IMG/VR virus record: IMGVR_UViG_3300013902_000003
Coordinates: 1-48,611 of that record
Reading direction: 5' to 3' (one strand)
DNA from: a virus
Length of the DNA stretch: 48,611 nucleotides
Shown: positions 39,860 through 45,898 of the stretch, piece by piece
Numbering within the stretch: position 1 is the first letter of the stretch
How the letters are laid out: each line of letters begins with the position of its first letter
The notes under the pieces: generated by a model
The model's database searches: none
Seen by the model: only the letters and a program-made list of their open reading frames with translations
Told to the model about the DNA's origin: nothing
Program-made: the position numbers and the translations under genes

Positions 39860-41515
39860 ATGAAAGACTCAATAAAAAAAGAACAACTTAAGAAGCTAAT
39901 AGATCTTAAGAGTAGCTTAGAGAACAAAAGAGATAGCGAGAAGAAAAATACGTGGGATAAGCTCAAGCGTTATGTTCTTCCAGAGCTCTTAGAAGCAAGC
40001 GAAAGAGAGAAGCTTATACATTACTCTACTACTGCTAGACGCTACACAAATCTAGCAGCTAACGCGCTACAGGGATGGGCATACGGAAGGACTATCTCAT
40101 GGCTTAACATCGAGATTGAAGACAAGAATGTTAAAGGCAAGGATGTTGATAAAGACGCTAGAGAATGGTTTCAAGAATGCAGACAGATAATGCTTGATGA
40201 TTTAGCAAAGGCAGATTTCTATGACGAATCACTAGCCTTTACAGAAGTTGTTCTTAACCTTTCTACAGGTATCATGCTTCTTGATTGGAACGAGGAGAAT
40301 GATTCATTCGTAGTTGAGAATGTATCGCCTGATAGGTGTGTTATAGCACAGGACAAGTTTCATCACGTTAATCTTTGTATGTATGAGTTTACTCTTAACA
40401 AGGACCAAGCCGAGGATATGTTTGGAGATGATTGTCCTCAGAAGATTAAAGACGCTAAAGGCTACAGTGAAGACTATGTTTTCACAAAAGCCATGCTTTC
40501 TTCTAAGCGTTATGATATCGATAACGTTCCAGGAGAGGGCGAATGGATTGAAATCATTTGGTCAGAGGATGATAAAGAGAAGGCTGTAAGCTCACGTAGA
40601 ACAACTCACAAACCTTTTATATGTTGGAGATTTGAGCGTTCTTTGACAGGCTCTCCGTGGGGATGTAATAGCCCTGGCGAAATGTGTTTAGCTAATATCA
40701 TCGATTTAAATATCAAAGAGAAAGCAAAACAACAGGGTATGCAATTAAGATTAATGCCACCTATCAAAGCGACAGAAGGGCTAGCTTTAAATCTAACGCC
40801 GAACGGAGTAACAAGAGTTAGTGGCAGTAGGGACTTTGCATATACTCCACCTCCAGGAAACAGTGAAGAAGTTCTAGTCGAAATACAGAGGGTAGAGCAG
40901 TACATGAAAGAAGCTTACTATGTAGACTTCTTCTTAATGCTTCAACAGACTCTAGAGAAGAATAAGACAGCAACTGAAGCTACTCTCTTAGCTGACGAGA
41001 AGTCTCAGATAATGGCATCGTTTACTTCACGCTTAAACAACGAGTTCCTAGAGCCGATTCTAGAGACGCTATGGGATATGGAAATTAAACACGGAAGATT
41101 TCCTATGCCACCTGATAGTTTAAAAGGCGAAGAGATAAGAATTGACTATGTATCTCCTCTAGCATTAGCACAGAGAAAGGCACAGATTTACGTTCCTGCT
41201 AGACAGTTTATCGCTGAAACCTTGTCATTTGCCGAGATAGATCCTTCTGTCAGATATATCTTTAAGATACCTGAATACGCAACACAGATGGCTCAAGATA
41301 TGATGATTGACGAACGCTTCTTGAACTCTCCTGAGGAAGTACAGGCGAAAGTACAACAGGACCAACAGTTAGCTATGGAACAAATGCAGTCACAGAACGC
41401 ACAGAACGAAGCAAAAACTAACGCCGCTGTTTATAGTGCATATTCCAAGGCACCGGAAAAAGGCAGTGTAGCGAGTCAATTAACAGGTACATCAGGAGGA
41501 AATAATAAACAGTAA
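39860..41515 (+). CDS. Portal (head-to-tail connector) protein
   Basis: 551 aa, directly after the terminase, with an acidic/Gln-rich C-terminus. Positional call plus resemblance to podovirus connectors. Confidence 0.65.
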   Translation: MKDSIKKEQLKKLIDLKSSLENKRDSEKKNTWDKLKRYVLPELLEASEREKLIHYSTTARRYTNLAANALQGWAYGRTISWLNIEIEDKNVKGKDVDKDAREWFQECRQIMLDDLAKADFYDESLAFTEVVLNLSTGIMLLDWNEENDSFVVENVSPDRCVIAQDKFHHVNLCMYEFTLNKDQAEDMFGDDCPQKIKDAKGYSEDYVFTKAMLSSKRYDIDNVPGEGEWIEIIWSEDDKEKAVSSRRTTHKPFICWRFERSLTGSPWGCNSPGEMCLANIIDLNIKEKAKQQGMQLRLMPPIKATEGLALNLTPNGVTRVSGSRDFAYTPPPGNSEEVLVEIQRVEQYMKEAYYVDFFLMLQQTLEKNKTATEATLLADEKSQIMASFTSRLNNEFLEPILETLWDMEIKHGRFPMPPDSLKGEEIRIDYVSPLALAQRKAQIYVPARQFIAETLSFAEIDPSVRYIFKIPEYATQMAQDMMIDERFLNSPEEVQAKVQQDQQLAMEQMQSQNAQNEAKTNAAVYSAYSKAPEKGSVASQLTGTSGGNNKQ

Positions 41516-41775
41516 TGCCAAACAAGAAGACAATGGCCGAAGTATTTAGAGTTACATTCTCAGGCGAAGACGGAAAGACAATGCTCTATTGGATACTGCA
41601 AGAGTGTGGATACTATGAGACTAATCCTAATTTAATTAGTCCCGAACTCACATCATTTGCAAATCGCTTACTAGCCACAGGAGGTATAAATGTACCTCAA
41701 ATGGCAGGGCGATACATCGATAGCATTTTAAAACTAGCATCTGAATATAAGGAGGAAAGAGAAGATGAAGTTTAG
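41515..41775 (+). CDS. Small head-morphogenesis-region protein
   Basis: TAATG overlap with the portal stop. Confidence 0.5.
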   Translation: MPNKKTMAEVFRVTFSGEDGKTMLYWILQECGYYETNPNLISPELTSFANRLLATGGINVPQMAGRYIDSILKLASEYKEEREDEV

Positions 41776-42607
41776 TTTTTTAGATATGAATAAGCTCTAC
41801 AATTACAATGAAGATGGTGGAGCTGATATTGGAGGAGATGGTTCACCGAGCGAGGATACTACAACCCCTAACAATGGTGGAGAAAACGAGAATAAGCCAG
41901 AGGAAAAACTCCCTGCTTATTTCTCTCAGTTTAAGAAAGATAGTAGAAGTAAATACGCATCATTAAGTAAGTATAAGAGCTTAGAAGAGCTAGCAGAGGT
42001 AGCTCTCAAAGGCGATAGTGCTAAAGAGCCCGATTACACAGGCTATCTTAAAATGCCTACTAAGGACAGTTCTAAAGAAGAGATTAAAGAATTTCTATCT
42101 AAGCTAGGAGTGCCAGAAAGCCCTGATAAGTACAGCATTCCAAAAGAAAAGGGAGACAATCCACTTGTAGAAGGAATGGAAAAGACGTTAAGAGATGTTG
42201 CTTTTCGTAGTGGGTTAACCGACGGTCAGACTAAATCCATGTGGGGAGTATTCAGAGCCCTTATTGATACAGCTAAAGGCGAGGGCGAGAAGTATATGAA
42301 AGATAGGAAAGATAACTTTGATGAGAGATACTCAAAGCTCTTTGATTCATATACACAGCAAGCACAGAAAGACGCTGCAATTAAAGAGAGCCTAGGATAC
42401 TTTAAAACATTTGTACAAGAAACAGGAATAGCAAAAGCACTAGAGAGTTCAGGGGCAATCTATGATGAGAACTTAGTTAAGGCATTAGCTGATTATCAGA
42501 AGAAGAATAGAGGGCAGTTTAACTCTGGTGGTGGTTCAAGTACAAAAGCTAAGAATAGCACAATGATTGATTACTCAGACGAGTTCAAAAAGGCATTTAA
42601 TTTATAA
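41765..42607 (+). CDS. Scaffolding protein candidate
   Basis: 280 aa, helical and charged, after the portal. C-terminal motif MIDYSDEFKKAF. Confidence 0.5.
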   Translation: MKFSFLDMNKLYNYNEDGGADIGGDGSPSEDTTTPNNGGENENKPEEKLPAYFSQFKKDSRSKYASLSKYKSLEELAEVALKGDSAKEPDYTGYLKMPTKDSSKEEIKEFLSKLGVPESPDKYSIPKEKGDNPLVEGMEKTLRDVAFRSGLTDGQTKSMWGVFRALIDTAKGEGEKYMKDRKDNFDERYSKLFDSYTQQAQKDAAIKESLGYFKTFVQETGIAKALESSGAIYDENLVKALADYQKKNRGQFNSGGGSSTKAKNSTMIDYSDEFKKAFNL

Positions 42608-42623
42608 CAGGGAGGAAAAATAA

Positions 42624-42824
42624 ATGGCATCATTTTTAGATGAAATTCTAGAAACAACTAAGGAAGAAGAAGAGAAAAAGAATACCGAAAACGAAGATAA
42701 AGATAAAGATAAAGAAAAAAACGATAACGTAGAGAAGAACGAAGATAAAGAGAACGAGTCAAGGAAAAAGTACATGATCCATTATTGCGATGAGTTCTAT
42801 GAAGCCTTTAAAGGTAGGATTTAA
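42624..42824 (+). CDS. Highly acidic/Lys-rich 66-aa protein sharing the scaffold C-terminal motif (MIHYCDEFYEAF)
   Basis: SD GGGAGGA; motif shared with 41765..42607. Confidence 0.5.
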   Translation: MASFLDEILETTKEEEEKKNTENEDKDKDKEKNDNVEKNEDKENESRKKYMIHYCDEFYEAFKGRI

Positions 42825-42832
42825 AACGTCAC

Positions 42833-42866
42833 AAAAAGACCGGTCAAAAAACGACCGGTTTTCTTT
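42833..42866. terminator. Bidirectional rho-independent terminator
   Basis: ACCGGTC/GACCGGT stem flanked by an A-run and a T-run, between convergent genes. Confidence 0.7.
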
Positions 42867-42868
42867 GC

Positions 42869-43234
42869 TTAAATTAAGAGTCCTACAGGACAATCAAGGA
42901 CCTTAGCAATTTTCTTTGCCATAGATTTTGAGATACCTCTTCTCTCATGCTCCATATCTGAAATGTTTTGAGGAAGAACATCAAGCTTTTCTGCAAGAGC
43001 CTTCAATGTTAATTTCCTTTTCTTTCTGTAATACTTCAAGTAGAAGGAAGGATGATATGTAGCTCTCATTTCCTTATACCAATCAGTATCCCTAAAATCT
43101 ACCCATTCGTCATCCTCTTCCTTTACCTTAAGGTAATTACCAAACATGTTCTTAAGGCTATCGAGAGTAATAGGAGAGATAGTCCCCTCAATCTTGAAAT
43201 CATTAATATGGGGCTGATTCACGACTACCAACAT
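42869..43234 (-). CDS. higA: HigA-like XRE-HTH antitoxin
   Basis: C-terminal LTLKALAEKLDVLPQNISDMEHERRGIS HTH pattern. The ATG at 43234 lies 7 nt after GGAGG. Overlaps the toxin 3' end. Confidence 0.65.
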   Translation of the reverse strand: MLVVVNQPHINDFKIEGTISPITLDSLKNMFGNYLKVKEEDDEWVDFRDTDWYKEMRATYHPSFYLKYYRKKRKLTLKALAEKLDVLPQNISDMEHERRGISKSMAKKIAKVLDCPVGLLI

Positions 43235-43469
43235 AATATACCTCCACTCTATATTCTCCATTTTCACATCGCCAACAAGCTACCCAATGATAGCTTAAAT
43301 GACAATGATACTCATTTTCTGAAAGCTTGCTATAGTGACTAAAAGAAGGTTGAACAGGGCCTTTTTCTCCAAGAGAAAAAAGTAATGTTTCCAAAACGAC
43401 TTTCTCTTTCTTTGGCATCTTTAAAAGATTCTTTTGACTTTTCTTACCCACTACAACTTTGTATTTCAT
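43203..43469 (-). CDS. higB: RelE/HigB-family toxin
   Basis: KLSENEYHCHLSYHWVACWR...VEVYYVGSRESAPY is typical of RelE/ParE-superfamily toxins. The toxin-first gene order matches HigBA. Confidence 0.7.
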   Translation of the reverse strand: MKYKVVVGKKSQKNLLKMPKKEKVVLETLLFSLGEKGPVQPSFSHYSKLSENEYHCHLSYHWVACWRCENGEYRVEVYYVGSRESAPY

Positions 43470-43483
43470 AATATAAAAAATAC

Positions 43484-43506
43484 CCAATAATTGGTTAATT
43501 TGTCAA
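43484..43506 (-). promoter_or_regulatory. Toxin-antitoxin promoter TTGACA (reverse complement of 43501-43506) with palindrome CCAAT-a-ATTGG (43484-43494) in the spacer
   Basis: Read on the reverse complement. Confidence 0.45.
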
Positions 43507-43515
43507 TAGTCTTTT

Positions 43516-43535
43516 ACAACGACAACACCGACAAC
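43516..43535 (+). promoter_or_regulatory. Late-block motif copy D (ACAACGACAACACCGACAAC)
   Basis: Lies 33 nt upstream of the ATG at 43549. Confidence 0.5.
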
Positions 43536-43548
43536 TATAAATCCTCAA

Positions 43549-44784
43549 ATGTATTATTCTTGTGTTATGAGTTACTTTCCTTATACGCGTTTTGATTTTC
43601 TAACGACTGAAAATTACTACTATCCTCTAACATTTGAGTATGATGATAGAGATAAGGTTAGTATCGTTGTTTCAGATGAAAAGGGCGTATCAAAAGCTTT
43701 AGAGTATGGGAGTGACTACACGCTTGAAGGTGATAAGATAAACATTCTTTATCCTCAAGGGCTCAATCAAAAGTACCTCTTAGATGTAACGAAGATTTAC
43801 GCTATTAGATTCTCTGGCATATGTGAGACTCCTGAATTTCAGTATGGTGTATATCTAGACGTCAAGAAAGTCCAGAAGACTCTAGAGAACATGGCATTAC
43901 AGATAGCAGAAGTTCAGATGACAAGTGAGAACTCAGTTAAGCTTGCGTATGAAGAATGGGATAACGCCAACGAAGAGCCTCTTGTTCAGATTCCAACAGT
44001 GAAAGAGAGAGCAAATAACTTCTTTGCTTTCGATACTAACGGCCGTGTTCTAATGGTCAGAATGGCAGATCTAGCTATCGACTTACAGAAGTATATTAAA
44101 TCAGGCACAGACCCCGTTGTAGTAGACGTGTCAGCAACCTCTTTTACATTCCCTGCTACGGCACAAGGCGTAGTCAATCCTTATTTGTTCTCATCTCAAT
44201 TAAGAAGTGAATTTACAGTAACGCAAGGTAAAGTTAGATACCATGCTATTCCAACTAAAACTTCACCTACAGAGAAGGGAACATTCTCTCTTTGGACAAC
44301 ACCTACAGGCATCGGGAACTATGAAGTCGTTAATAATGTAGTTCGTGGCTCTTTAGCAACTGAGATGACAGAAGATAACGCTTTAATTGTTGTTGAAGTA
44401 AAATATTTAGACCTAGAAGGTAATACAGGGACATTCAGAAAAGATATATCACTCTCTAAGGCTAAAAGTGGAGAAGATGGAGAAAACGGAGCTGACGGCT
44501 ACTCTTTTACCTTACGCATTATTTCCTCAAACGGAAACGCATTTAGAGTTAGCGATAACGTAGACACAACTCTTTCTGTACAAGTATTACGTAACGGCGA
44601 AGATATAACAGACACAATGGAAGATTCACGCTTCAAGTGGATTAGAAAAACAGATGATGAGATTGAAGATGAAAAATGGAATACAAGCTCTAAGGCTCTA
44701 TATCACAAGAGCGTTGAAATAACCAAAGAGGACTGTATTGGTCGCACCGTATTTGAGTGCGAAGTTGAATTAGGTGGTCTATAA
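43549..44784 (+). CDS. Tail fibre/adaptor protein with a T7 gp17-like N-terminal domain and a C-terminal Ig-like domain (the start may be 43567)
   Basis: The segment YPLTFEYDDRDKVSIVV...YTLEGDKINILYP...IYAIRF...LENMALQIAEVQ resembles the gp17 N-terminal tail-attachment domain. Confidence 0.5.
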   Translation: MYYSCVMSYFPYTRFDFLTTENYYYPLTFEYDDRDKVSIVVSDEKGVSKALEYGSDYTLEGDKINILYPQGLNQKYLLDVTKIYAIRFSGICETPEFQYGVYLDVKKVQKTLENMALQIAEVQMTSENSVKLAYEEWDNANEEPLVQIPTVKERANNFFAFDTNGRVLMVRMADLAIDLQKYIKSGTDPVVVDVSATSFTFPATAQGVVNPYLFSSQLRSEFTVTQGKVRYHAIPTKTSPTEKGTFSLWTTPTGIGNYEVVNNVVRGSLATEMTEDNALIVVEVKYLDLEGNTGTFRKDISLSKAKSGEDGENGADGYSFTLRIISSNGNAFRVSDNVDTTLSVQVLRNGEDITDTMEDSRFKWIRKTDDEIEDEKWNTSSKALYHKSVEITKEDCIGRTVFECEVELGGL

Positions 44785-44816
44785 AATCCCATAAGGGGAA
44801 AGGAGATATATAGAGA

Positions 44817-45866
44817 ATGGCAAAAACAAGTGCAAGTTTTACCTTGATGGATTACACAGATGGTATATCGCTCATTACAGGGATAGATAGCAATCTTCCT
44901 TTGACGTCGCTTTACGATACAGCAAATCAGAAGTTAAACCCTAGTTGGGCTGGAGAGACTAGTCTTATTCTCACACCTAAGGTTATGAAAGCTGGTTCAA
45001 GTACATCGCTCTTAGAGACCATGACAAACAAAGCATGGCAGAGACGTATTTCAGGTGGTAGTTGGGTTAGCGTAGTTAGTGGAGAAAATGGCGAAACAAT
45101 GAACGCTAACACAGGAGCTCTTACAGTTGCTACAGATAAGCTTGTCGGTGATGTATGGCAGATTGACTATAAGTTCACAGGTTCTTACTTAGACCCAGTT
45201 CTTAAGCTTTCTTTCCCCGTTGAAGTATCAATTACTTTTTCACGTGTTGCAAATGGCACATCATTTGTAGTCGCTAGAGCATACGCCCCAGGTGGAAGCC
45301 AATTTAAAAACAATCAACCTTCAAGCCTTTCTGCAGTAGCAGAGTTAATCAGAGGTACTGCAAAGGATTCTACAGACCTTACTTATACATGGGAAAAGTC
45401 TACTAACGGTACAACATGGACAGCTCTTTCAGGGAAGACAACAGCAACTCTTGCTATTACCCCTGATATGGTAGATTCGTTCGTTGTTTTTAGATGTAAG
45501 ATTAAAGATACTGACAGTGCATCTGATACATACAATCAGACTTTCACAACTGAAGGCGTATCTTTTTACGATGTGTCAGACCCATATCAAGCAGTTATTG
45601 AGTCTACAGCAGGTAATTTCTTTAAGAATGATACGGGCTCTACTATTCTTATTTGTCGTGTTTATCAGAACGGTACAGAGATTGATACTAAAGGTAGTAC
45701 TCTTACTTACACATGGACTAAGACAGATAAGGACGGTAACGCAGTTGAAGCATTCTCTCCAACAGGCGTTGAAAAAGATGACATTGTTGCTACAAACAAG
45801 AAAGCAATTAGTGTAAGTCATAGCGACGTTGACGTAAAAGCAACTTATTTCTGTTCAGTTAACTAA
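44817..45866 (+). CDS. Fibre/adhesin protein with repeated Ig-like domains
   Basis: Internal repeats LTYTWEKSTNGTTW...VVFRCKIKD and LTYTWTKTDKDGN...ATYFCSV; SD AAGGAG. Confidence 0.5.
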   Translation: MAKTSASFTLMDYTDGISLITGIDSNLPLTSLYDTANQKLNPSWAGETSLILTPKVMKAGSSTSLLETMTNKAWQRRISGGSWVSVVSGENGETMNANTGALTVATDKLVGDVWQIDYKFTGSYLDPVLKLSFPVEVSITFSRVANGTSFVVARAYAPGGSQFKNNQPSSLSAVAELIRGTAKDSTDLTYTWEKSTNGTTWTALSGKTTATLAITPDMVDSFVVFRCKIKDTDSASDTYNQTFTTEGVSFYDVSDPYQAVIESTAGNFFKNDTGSTILICRVYQNGTEIDTKGSTLTYTWTKTDKDGNAVEAFSPTGVEKDDIVATNKKAISVSHSDVDVKATYFCSVN

Positions 45867-45898
45867 TAAAAACATAAACACGAGGTCGGTATATAGAT

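Noticed and set aside
39227-40905. Minus-strand ORFs 39227-39589 and 40606-40905, and the + strand alternate-frame ORF 40383-40589
   Set aside because: They are antisense to, or out of frame within, the terminase nuclease and portal genes. They have no translation signals.
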